A DNA stretch of 64,000 bases from contig CAZSZB010000001.1 of NCBI GenBank assembly GCA_964611205.1, forward strand, positions 123,144-187,143, in the 5' to 3' direction. The DNA is from an uncultured Candidatus Saccharibacteria bacterium. Its GTDB lineage: Bacteria; Patescibacteriota; Minisyncoccia; Phycocordibacterales; UBA918. This document shows, in pieces, positions 56,173 to 64,000 of this stretch (position 1 is the first letter of the stretch; each line of letters opens with the position of its first letter). The notes below the pieces were generated by a model. The model had not been told where the DNA came from, made no database searches, and saw only the letters and a list, made by a program, of their open reading frames with translations. The position numbers and the translations under genes are program-made.

Positions 56173-57528
56173 TTATAGGTCACTGTCGTCAGATTTTTCT
56201 TCGGCGGAGAGTAGAGTGTCTATACGGTTAATATCTCTTGGGAAAAGAGTTGCTTCTTTAACGTTTTTAACTCCACAATATTTGGCCGTCAGTCGCTCAA
56301 GACCCATACCGATACCTCCGTGAGGTGGAATTCCATACTTAAAAGCTTGTAAATAGAATTCAAACTTATCAGGGTCCAAACCTTTCTTTGTAATTCTCTC
56401 CTTTAATTCCTCATAGTCATGAACTCTTTGTCCACCAGAACACATTTCTAAACCTCTGAATAGTAGGTCAAAACTACGAGTATACTCAGGATCCTTTGGT
56501 TCTATGTGGGTATAGAAAGGTCTCTTGCTAGTTGGAAAATGAGTAACGAAAACAAAATCTGACCCAAGGTTATTTTTTGCATACTCACAAAGAAAGCGTT
56601 CGTCTTCAGGCTCCAAATCTGGTTCTTTTGTTTTATCAACACCGGTTTCTTTTTTAATGAGTTCTTGGGCCTCACGGAGTGTCATGACTGGAAATTCTTC
56701 AGGAACTAAAGCTTCCTCGACTCCTAGTAAAGCAAGTTCTTTTTGACATTGGCTATTTACTGCTTCCGTCATATAAGTCATTAGTTTTGCTGTCAGAGCA
56801 ATAACATCTTTGTGATCCTTGATAAAACCCATCTCTAAGTCGAGCATAGCAATCTCACTGAGATGTCGAGTTGTGGCACTTTTTTCTGCTCGAAAGGTCG
56901 TTCCGGTAGAGAAAACTCTTTCAAAAACTCCTACCATAATTTGTTTATAAAGTTGTGGACTCGTTGCTAAAGAAGCACTACGTTCTTTGAAGTATTCAAC
57001 CTTAAACACCTCAGCTCCTCCTTCGGCGTCACCTCCTACCAATTTAGGAGCTTGAAACTCAGTAAAATTTTCTGCTATTAAAAAATTTCTGAAGGCAGAG
57101 ATTATAGTTGCCTGGACTTTAAAAATTGCCTGCTCCTGTGGTCGTCGTAGTGTTAGCGGTCGGTTGTCCAGTAAGGTGTCTATAGAGAGATTGCTAGCCA
57201 GATCAAAAGGCATAGCTTCAGCTTTGTTTAGAATCTGTATCTCAGTTATCTCGAGTTCGATATCACCGTTTGGTACCTTATTGTTTATCATCTTTTCAGG
57301 CCGTTTATTAACTATTCCCGTAACCTCAACTGATGATTCTGGACTGGCGTCTTTAGCTATCTCTAGGACTTCTGGCTTACCAAAAACCACTCCTTGTACC
57401 ACGCTAGAATAGTCACGAAAGTCAAAGAAAGCCATTTTTCCCTGTAAACGAACAACGTCAACAACACCATTAATGGTCACTGTCTCTCCTATGTGTTCAG
57501 TTAAATTATTTAAAAGTATACGTTCCAT
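56173..57528 (-). CDS. aspS: Aspartate--tRNA(Asp/Asn) ligase, non-discriminating archaeal type
   Basis: EGGAEVF, SPQLYKQ, FRAEKS, GGQRVH, PPHGGIGMGLERL; short form lacking the bacterial GAD insert; Asp T-box upstream. Confidence 0.9.
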   Translation of the reverse strand: MERILLNNLTEHIGETVTINGVVDVVRLQGKMAFFDFRDYSSVVQGVVFGKPEVLEIAKDASPESSVEVTGIVNKRPEKMINNKVPNGDIELEITEIQILNKAEAMPFDLASNLSIDTLLDNRPLTLRRPQEQAIFKVQATIISAFRNFLIAENFTEFQAPKLVGGDAEGGAEVFKVEYFKERSASLATSPQLYKQIMVGVFERVFSTGTTFRAEKSATTRHLSEIAMLDLEMGFIKDHKDVIALTAKLMTYMTEAVNSQCQKELALLGVEEALVPEEFPVMTLREAQELIKKETGVDKTKEPDLEPEDERFLCEYAKNNLGSDFVFVTHFPTSKRPFYTHIEPKDPEYTRSFDLLFRGLEMCSGGQRVHDYEELKERITKKGLDPDKFEFYLQAFKYGIPPHGGIGMGLERLTAKYCGVKNVKEATLFPRDINRIDTLLSAEEKSDDSDL

Positions 57529-57596
57529 ATATTTTTTGCTGCAATAAACGTTCTGTAATTTTATTCGTCAAAACCTAAAGATTTCAAATGCCACGT

Positions 57597-57823
57597 AAAA
57601 CGCCCCTGCATGCATATTAATTACTAATACGAACGCAGGGGCGATTACAATTTGTTAATTGTTTGTCGCGGTGCCACCCTACTTCGTCCCGTTCTTAGAG
57701 AACAGGACCTTATTTTTCGACCACGCTATTTCGGGCGTTCCCGGGGGGTTCTACTCAAATGAGCTTAATAATAAGCTTATATTTTCCTCCCCCACCTCCA
57801 CGGTGTCAGCCGTTTCGTTGGTT
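57597..57823 (-). promoter_or_regulatory. T-box riboswitch (Asp specifier GAC) with intrinsic terminator
   Basis: AGGGTGGCACCGCG T-box (57680-57667), partner CGCCCCT, terminator CGCCCCTGC...GCAGGGGCG-TTTT, AGTAGAA Stem II motif, GAC in the loop ACGG-CTGACA-CCGT. Confidence 0.88.
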
Positions 57824-57841
57824 TATTAAACAATAGCATGC

Positions 57842-58780
57842 TTATAATTCGATGCCAACAGCTTTGCGGACACGGCCTAAAGTTTGATTGGAAACTGCCT
57901 TAGCTTTGGTAGCCCCATCTTGGAGAATGTTTTTTACCTCATCGTCGCTAATAGACTCTCTCTTTTCACGCATCGGTTTGATAACTTCTTCGATGTCTTC
58001 TGTTAGAATATTTTTCAGCTCGCCATATTGCCCTTTGTGCTTTTCGTATAGTTCATCCAGTTCCGCTGTACTTCTAAAGAGACTATGGATGGCGTAGACA
58101 TTTTCAGGTCTCTCCCCTGTTGAATCAGTCACAATGCTCATTACTGATTTTTTAATTTCTTCTTTAGTACCGAACAAGGGGATGGTATTTTTATAACTTT
58201 TACTCATTTTAGATCCATCGGTACCAGGAACTATTCCTACCCCATCTAGTATTACAGTAGTTGGTTCCTTTAAAATCTCACCATAAGCACGGTTGAATTT
58301 ACCAACGGCCTCTCTAGTGTATTCTAAATGTTGTCGTTGGTCTTCACCTACTGGAACTTCGTCAATATCATAAAGGGTAATGTCAGCTGCTTGCAACATT
58401 GGATAGGTAAACAGTCCAGCGTTCGGTTCCCCGCCTTTAGCCACTTTGTCTTTATAGGCATGGCTTTGCATCAGAAAAGGTACTGTCACTAAACAATTTA
58501 ATATCCATCCTAGTTCAGTATGATCTGGATTATCAGACTGACGGAAAATAGTCACTTTCTGGGGATCTATACCAATAGCCAGATAATCTTTTACGATATT
58601 TAGAATATTTTTTTGTAGTAATTCAGGATCACGAACAGAGGTTAAAGCATGATAATCTGCGACCATAAGAAAACTTTCATAATCCTCGTAGACTTCTTTG
58701 AATGGTTTCAGAGCACCAAAATAATTGCCAATATGTAGATCCCCGCTAGGTTGTAGTCCTGTAAATAATCGTTTTTTCAT
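57842..58780 (-). CDS. trpS: Tryptophan--tRNA ligase
   Basis: GLQPSGDLHIGNY, YPMLQAADI, VGEDQRQH, KMSKS. Confidence 0.97.
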   Translation of the reverse strand: MKKRLFTGLQPSGDLHIGNYFGALKPFKEVYEDYESFLMVADYHALTSVRDPELLQKNILNIVKDYLAIGIDPQKVTIFRQSDNPDHTELGWILNCLVTVPFLMQSHAYKDKVAKGGEPNAGLFTYPMLQAADITLYDIDEVPVGEDQRQHLEYTREAVGKFNRAYGEILKEPTTVILDGVGIVPGTDGSKMSKSYKNTIPLFGTKEEIKKSVMSIVTDSTGERPENVYAIHSLFRSTAELDELYEKHKGQYGELKNILTEDIEEVIKPMREKRESISDDEVKNILQDGATKAKAVSNQTLGRVRKAVGIEL

Positions 58781-58835
58781 TCTGTTAGTTTAGCAAGTAG
58801 TTATCGGGTTAGCAAAATTTTCTATTTAGAAGATA

Positions 58836-60491
58836 TTATTTTTTGAGGGGAAATTCCAAGCTAAAAGTTGAACCCTCACCTTCTCCAGCGGAGGCTGCAG
58901 AAATATCACCTCCCATATCGTTGGCCATTTTCTTTGCGATATACAACCCTAATCCAGTCCCGGCTGTATTAATATTGTGAGCATTGTCTGCGCGTTCAAA
59001 TTTGTTAAACATTTCCTCGATAGTTTCAGTAGACATACCTACTCCAGTATCAATAATATCTACTAAAATACGTTTAGGATGCACCTTCTCGTAAACCGTT
59101 ACTTTAATAGATCCGTGTGGAGTGTATTTAATAGCGTTGTTTATTAGATTATGGATAATCTGTCTAGTTTTCCCAATGTCAGCATTTATTATTCCTTGCG
59201 ATTTCAGGTTTGATTTAAAAGTCAGAAGAAGTCCCTGTTTGACAGCTTGTTGGCGCAGATCATCAACGATATTTTTAGTTAGTTGGCTTAAATTGACATC
59301 TGTATAATCATATTTCATATTGCCAGCTTGGATACGAGAGACATTGAGATAATCTTCCACTGATGAAGCCATATAGCTACTAGATTTTTCTATATGTTCT
59401 ACTGCCTCCTCAGCTTTTTTTGGTAACTTGCCAAAAGATCCTTCCAACAACATAGAGGCATAACCGCGGATAGATGTCAGAGGACTGCGTAGCTGGTGGG
59501 AGGCAATGGAAACAAATTCGGATTTCATCTTGTCTAATACTTTGAGCCGATCATTGGCCTTCTGTAACTTAAGTGCCAAATCTTCAATTTCCTTTCTTTG
59601 TTCAAACTCTTTGCGGACACTCTGGATAAGAAGATAGCCAGCTACAGTAGTGAAAACTAGAGTCAAGCCGGCTATTATCTTCAGTAGTTCAGACTCTACA
59701 AAAATCAAAGAACATACAAGAGCCCATAGAACTACCACTAGAACTTGCGCTCCAGCTATCTGAATTTTGAATGCTTCAAATTGGACAATACAATATGCAA
59801 TAAGGAATGCAAAAACTGGCATTCCAAATAAACCATACTGACTGATAGTCCAGTTATCAGTAAAACTACTAATAATGTTACCTGAAGTGAAAGATAGGAG
59901 AAAAGTTAGTAAACCAGTTACAAAAAGAAGTAACACCCGACGCCTGTGTTTTTCCGTAATCCGTAAAGCTTTAACTGCGGTAACGAAGATTAGTATTATA
60001 AATATTAAGTTTAAAATATAAGTATAATATTTAGCTATTGGGCCTTCGATACTTTCACAACTAGAAAGAGCTATTGATTCTAGATTGTAAGTGGTTGGTA
60101 AGAGGATAATTAATGGTAAAAGTAAAAAGGAAATAGCTAGGTTAAGTTTAAAATTAGGAATACTTTTAAAAGCAAAAATATAAAATATATAGAAAGCAAT
60201 TGCATAAGTAAGAGGCTCTATTAAAACCTGCATTGACCAAGCAAACATAACTAAAGCGGGATCATTAGTTGCCCACAATGAGACATCTAACAAAGCCCAC
60301 AAGCTGAAGAGAATTACAAAAATTAATAGAAGACGAGAGATGATGAGCTTTGGATTATTGAAAAAAATCAGCAACCCTACTGCAAGAGCTGAAAAGATAG
60401 CAATAAAATGGGAGTAATTTATCAATAAGGGTACATTTGAAGAAATGAAAACAAATGAGGCTGCTTCCCATGGGCAGTATAATAATTGCAT
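58836..60491 (-). CDS. Sensor histidine kinase with multi-TM (HisKA_7TM-like) input domain
   Basis: H-box SHQLRSPL, N-box NNAIKYT, DTGVG, GTGLGL; at least 7 N-terminal TMs. Confidence 0.92.
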   Translation of the reverse strand: MQLLYCPWEAASFVFISSNVPLLINYSHFIAIFSALAVGLLIFFNNPKLIISRLLLIFVILFSLWALLDVSLWATNDPALVMFAWSMQVLIEPLTYAIAFYIFYIFAFKSIPNFKLNLAISFLLLPLIILLPTTYNLESIALSSCESIEGPIAKYYTYILNLIFIILIFVTAVKALRITEKHRRRVLLLFVTGLLTFLLSFTSGNIISSFTDNWTISQYGLFGMPVFAFLIAYCIVQFEAFKIQIAGAQVLVVVLWALVCSLIFVESELLKIIAGLTLVFTTVAGYLLIQSVRKEFEQRKEIEDLALKLQKANDRLKVLDKMKSEFVSIASHQLRSPLTSIRGYASMLLEGSFGKLPKKAEEAVEHIEKSSSYMASSVEDYLNVSRIQAGNMKYDYTDVNLSQLTKNIVDDLRQQAVKQGLLLTFKSNLKSQGIINADIGKTRQIIHNLINNAIKYTPHGSIKVTVYEKVHPKRILVDIIDTGVGMSTETIEEMFNKFERADNAHNINTAGTGLGLYIAKKMANDMGGDISAASAGEGEGSTFSLEFPLKK

Positions 60492-60495
60492 AATA

Positions 60496-60636
60496 TTATT
60501 CCGTTAGATTTTCTTCTAAATCATTAATAATCTCAAAATCCCTTTGGACAATAGTTTTGTAATAAGTAGCTGTGACAGAAATAAAAATTAATGCCAGTAT
60601 GATGTAGAGAAGAATTTTCGAAAGTTTTTCACTCAT
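60496..60636 (-). CDS. Small single-TM protein (46 aa), not in the ORF track
   Basis: MSEKLSKILLYIILALIFISVTATYYKTIVQRDFEIINDLEENLTE*, stop 4 nt before the kinase ATG. Confidence 0.6.
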   Translation of the reverse strand: MSEKLSKILLYIILALIFISVTATYYKTIVQRDFEIINDLEENLTE

Positions 60637-60729
60637 AAAAGTTTATACGTCCTTTGTTCATGGTACATTATTAACAATTAAAGAGATTTTAATCCTGGGG
60701 ATTACCAAAGCTCTTATAAGAATAACAAT

Positions 60730-61815
60730 ATGAAAAATGATTTTGGGCCAGTATGGTCATGTAACGAATGGGATCCTCTTGAAGAAGTCATAGTTGGTTC
60801 AGTTGAGAATGCTACGGTACCTATCTGGAATCAATACTTAGCATCTACGACGCCCAAGCATGCTAAATGGTTTTTTGAACAACATGGAGGAAAACCTTTT
60901 CCTGGAGACATGATTGAAAAAGCCACGATTGAGTTGGACGGATTGGTTAAGACTCTTAAACAGCTCGATATTATAGTTCATCGTCCTGACAAGCAAGATT
61001 TTAATACCGAATACAGTTCTCCTTGGTGGAGTAGTCAAGGGCTTTATTCTGCTATGCCTCGAGATGTAATGATGATTATCGGAGATACGATAGTTGAAGC
61101 TCCTATGGCTTGGCGTTCTCGTTACTTCGAAATTTTCGCCTTCAGGAGATTGATGGAAGGATACTTTAAAGATGGTGCCAGATGGTTGGCTGCCCCTAAA
61201 CCTAGTATGGCGGAAGGTTTCTATAATCCCGAGTATGACCCAAGCCAAGCTACTAAAGATGGAGTTCGTCAGTTTGTTATAACTGAAAAAGAAATAGCAT
61301 TTGATGCAGCCGACTTCACTAGATGTGGTAAAGATATTTTTGTACAAAAAAGTAATGTCACCAATGCTATTGGAATAGAATGGGTACGCCGTCATATTGG
61401 ATCAGAATTCAATATCCACGAAGTGGAGTTTGATGATGAGAATCCTATGCATATTGATACTACTATTGTTCCCCTAGCTCCAGGTAAACTTATGATAAAT
61501 CCTTCCTGGGTAAGAAGAGAACAAATTCCTAAAATGTTTGATTCTTGGGAGATTATCGAAGCCCCGGAACCTGTTAAACCATATGATTCGGCACTTTATT
61601 TCTCAAGTGATTGGCTTACTATGAATTTTTTAAGCATCGATGAGAAACGCATTATAGTAGAAGAGAATGAAGAACCATTGATTAAGCTTTTACAAAAACA
61701 TGGTTTTGAACCCATTCCTATCCCCTTCCGTAATTTTTATCCATTCGGTGGTTCTATTCATTGTGCTACAGCTGATATTCGTAGACGAGGTGAATTAAAA
61801 TCATATTTTGACTAA
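60730..61815 (+). CDS. Amidinotransferase (glycine/inosamine-phosphate amidinotransferase family)
   Basis: NEWDPLEEVIVG, PRD, FDAAD, MHIDTT, GGSIHCAT (Asp-His-Cys triad). Confidence 0.9.
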   Translation: MKNDFGPVWSCNEWDPLEEVIVGSVENATVPIWNQYLASTTPKHAKWFFEQHGGKPFPGDMIEKATIELDGLVKTLKQLDIIVHRPDKQDFNTEYSSPWWSSQGLYSAMPRDVMMIIGDTIVEAPMAWRSRYFEIFAFRRLMEGYFKDGARWLAAPKPSMAEGFYNPEYDPSQATKDGVRQFVITEKEIAFDAADFTRCGKDIFVQKSNVTNAIGIEWVRRHIGSEFNIHEVEFDDENPMHIDTTIVPLAPGKLMINPSWVRREQIPKMFDSWEIIEAPEPVKPYDSALYFSSDWLTMNFLSIDEKRIIVEENEEPLIKLLQKHGFEPIPIPFRNFYPFGGSIHCATADIRRRGELKSYFD

Positions 61816-62819
61816 TTTCCTTGTGTAACAATCAACAACGCTCCGCTTGAAATTAAAAGAACCCCAATTATTTTTAAACTTAACGGTAATCCAGAAAGCT
61901 GTCTTCTTTGTGAAGAAGAGCTTAAGCGAGCTAGAAAAAAACCAAACATTAAGGTAAAGATTGGATGAAAAGCATTAAATGAACTAACGGCCATAATAGA
62001 TGGACCTATAACGATTGCTAATTGATTTGTGATAGCTGATAAAGCGTAAAGTGATTCATTTAGGAATTGTATACCCAATACTTTGAAATCTAATTGAGAC
62101 ACAAAATCTTGAAACTGTTTTCGGTACGGAGGCCAAGTTGTCCAAATCACACTGCTTAAAAATGTCATACCTAATCCGTTCCAGAATAGAGAAGCTAAGA
62201 AGTTACCGCTTATTGTCGAATCTTTGAACAAAAAGTATCCCAAACTGATGACGGCAGAAGCGCAGAACATTAATAATAAAGTATGGGTATCTAGTTTCTT
62301 GTTTTCTGGGACAAAATTTAGAAAACCAGCTCCAAGAATGATTATTACGGTACCGAAAATATGGATAAGCGAAGGTATTTCTGCAAATAATAGGAGGCCG
62401 AATATCAAAGAAAATATAGGGATGGTTTGAAATAAAGGAGTAACGTTAACTGCTCCACCGCGCTGCAAAGAATAAAAATATGGAATCAACCACAGTACTT
62501 CCAGCATACCAGCTCCAAATGCGTTAAGAGCTGCTATCTTCGGTATGTTTAGCAAAGAAATTTGGTTTATTCCTAGCAAGAAAATAACTGTGGCAATACT
62601 TATAACTAAGCCAAAGAAACCAGAAATTAATATAAGACGACCTGGGGCATCAACATTATTTTGTCCTTTAGTTTTTTTATTTAGCTTCTTTAACAGCCAC
62701 TCGTCTACAAACCCAACCCCCACATCTGCTCCTGTAGATACGAGAGATAATATTACCCAGGGAGTCGTAATTAAAATGAAAAGACCTAATATTCCGCCAG
62801 ACAAAAAACTTAATTCCAT
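61812..62819 (-). CDS. EamA/DMT family transporter
   Basis: About 10 TMs; repeated P.F.L.FG...AE / G...I..G pattern. Confidence 0.75.
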   Translation of the reverse strand: MELSFLSGGILGLFILITTPWVILSLVSTGADVGVGFVDEWLLKKLNKKTKGQNNVDAPGRLILISGFFGLVISIATVIFLLGINQISLLNIPKIAALNAFGAGMLEVLWLIPYFYSLQRGGAVNVTPLFQTIPIFSLIFGLLLFAEIPSLIHIFGTVIIILGAGFLNFVPENKKLDTHTLLLMFCASAVISLGYFLFKDSTISGNFLASLFWNGLGMTFLSSVIWTTWPPYRKQFQDFVSQLDFKVLGIQFLNESLYALSAITNQLAIVIGPSIMAVSSFNAFHPIFTLMFGFFLARLSSSSQRRQLSGLPLSLKIIGVLLISSGALLIVTQGN

Positions 62820-62838
62820 AGTACAGAATCAATTTTTG

Positions 62839-63324
62839 TCATAATAAAAAAAGTAAGATAAACGGTAACATCAACCACCAAAAGAAGCTTTGTTCAGAAC
62901 CGAATAGATAATTTATGGGAGAGCCAGGCGTGATTATATCGGTGACAGGAAGAACATGATAGCTGTATATCATAATAAGAACAGTTCCGGCGGTTGCTAA
63001 TAAAAACTTTTTCCAAAAGCCTTCAAATAAATTCTCGTCATATTCTCGAGGTAAGATGCGTGAAAAAAGTTTAGTCGAGAGAAAAGTGAAAGTAGCAAAA
63101 ACCAAAATCATTAATATCGCTTTCGATTTTTGACTATCAGTATTGTTAAGCAGCACTTCGTAGTAAGGAAATTCTACAGATATAAGCAAAGCAAAATATA
63201 AACCCAGAATTAAGTTAGTGATACTCTGTCTACCAAACTTCACAGCATAGAATAAAAAGCCGCTAAAAATCACTATCAAAAACAAACATTCCTTTAAAAA
63301 AGAAATAATAGTTGCTGTATCCAT
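62839..63324 (-). CDS. Hypothetical membrane protein
   Basis: 161 aa with about 5 hydrophobic segments. Confidence 0.7.
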   Translation of the reverse strand: MDTATIISFLKECLFLIVIFSGFLFYAVKFGRQSITNLILGLYFALLISVEFPYYEVLLNNTDSQKSKAILMILVFATFTFLSTKLFSRILPREYDENLFEGFWKKFLLATAGTVLIMIYSYHVLPVTDIITPGSPINYLFGSEQSFFWWLMLPFILLFLL

Positions 63325-63384
63325 GTGCTTATATTATAGACCCAGCGAACTCATTGTTGAAGAGATCTGCTGGATAACTATTCC

Positions 63385-63804
63385 CTACTTAATATGGTCG
63401 GTAGCTAGTTTACTAGCGTCCTGTATGTGTTTGAAACGGTCATTCATAAGTTTAACCCCGCCGAACCAACGGGTTACACATATAATGCAATCGGTGACAT
63501 TTTCTTTTTGCATAATATTAAGTATGACTAAACCAGCTCCTGTCTCACCATCATCGCTCTTTGTTTCGTAAACAGCCCCTTCATGGGTGATGCGGGTAGC
63601 CCAACTATTGTGAGTTGCTCTAGCGTACTTTTTGTTTGTCTTAAGTCGTGTTAAAAAATCTTTTATTTCTTGACGTGACTTAACTAGTCCATAACTAACT
63701 GAGTAGACACTACCACGATCTTTAATAATTTTTTCTAACAAAACAAATGGTTCCCGTGGCTTCTTGGAATTTCCAAAATCAAATTGAGTTGATTGACGAG
63801 GCAT
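63385..63804 (-). CDS. IMPACT/YigZ family protein (N-terminal domain only)
   Basis: ATHNSWA, DDGETGAG, VTRWFGGVKL. Confidence 0.9.
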   Translation of the reverse strand: MPRQSTQFDFGNSKKPREPFVLLEKIIKDRGSVYSVSYGLVKSRQEIKDFLTRLKTNKKYARATHNSWATRITHEGAVYETKSDDGETGAGLVILNIMQKENVTDCIICVTRWFGGVKLMNDRFKHIQDASKLATDHIK

Positions 63805-63845
63805 AGGACTGCTAGCTATGTCGAGATGCTTTTATCTCGCGCACT

Positions 63846-64000
63846 TTAAATACCTTCTTCTTTTAGTTCTTCAATTAATTTTTTAGCCTTACGAGAAAGT
63901 TTTTGTGGCAAATCTATGTGTATCTTCACCATAAAATCACCGCGGTTATTACTGTAACTAGTAGGTACCCCTTTGTTTTTGATGCGTAACAACTCTCCGT
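63846..64000 (-). CDS. dnaJ: Chaperone DnaJ, C-terminal end (partial)
   Basis: GELLRIKNKGVP...RGDFMVKIHIDLPQKLSRKAKKLIEELKEEGI*. Confidence 0.8.
   Translation of the reverse strand, partial: GELLRIKNKGVPTSYSNNRGDFMVKIHIDLPQKLSRKAKKLIEELKEEGI

Overview
AT-rich, gene-dense bacterial chromosome segment using genetic code 11. Gene content and style (split dcw cluster, archaeal-type non-discriminating AspRS, little core metabolism, short intergenic regions) suggest a Patescibacteria/CPR (Parcubacteria-like) genome; this assignment is an inference. About 65 CDS cover cell wall/division, translation, and DNA replication/repair, plus a Fur/Zur-ZIP metal locus, one tRNA-Glu(CTC) and a T-box riboswitch upstream of aspS. 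Genes are mostly on + up to ~44 kb and almost all on - after ~46 kb, converging at a Xer-type tyrosine recombinase. Next to it, an exact 15-bp inverted repeat (AGGTTCGCACAATAT, 45553-45567 and 46124-46138) brackets a 556-bp AT-rich non-coding segment; joining the two halves gives a perfect 11-6-11 palindromic dif-type site. Other notable patterns: seven GC-richer orphan mini-genes with strong Shine-Dalgarno motifs and their own terminators among apparently leaderless core genes; a structured tRNA-linked element carrying direct and antisense copies of the tRNA 3' end; a T-box with an ultrashort Stem I but a transcription terminator; and an amidinotransferase / EamA / 7TM histidine kinase cluster. 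No CRISPR array, rRNA or transposase was seen. All calls come from reading motifs by eye; no database search was run.
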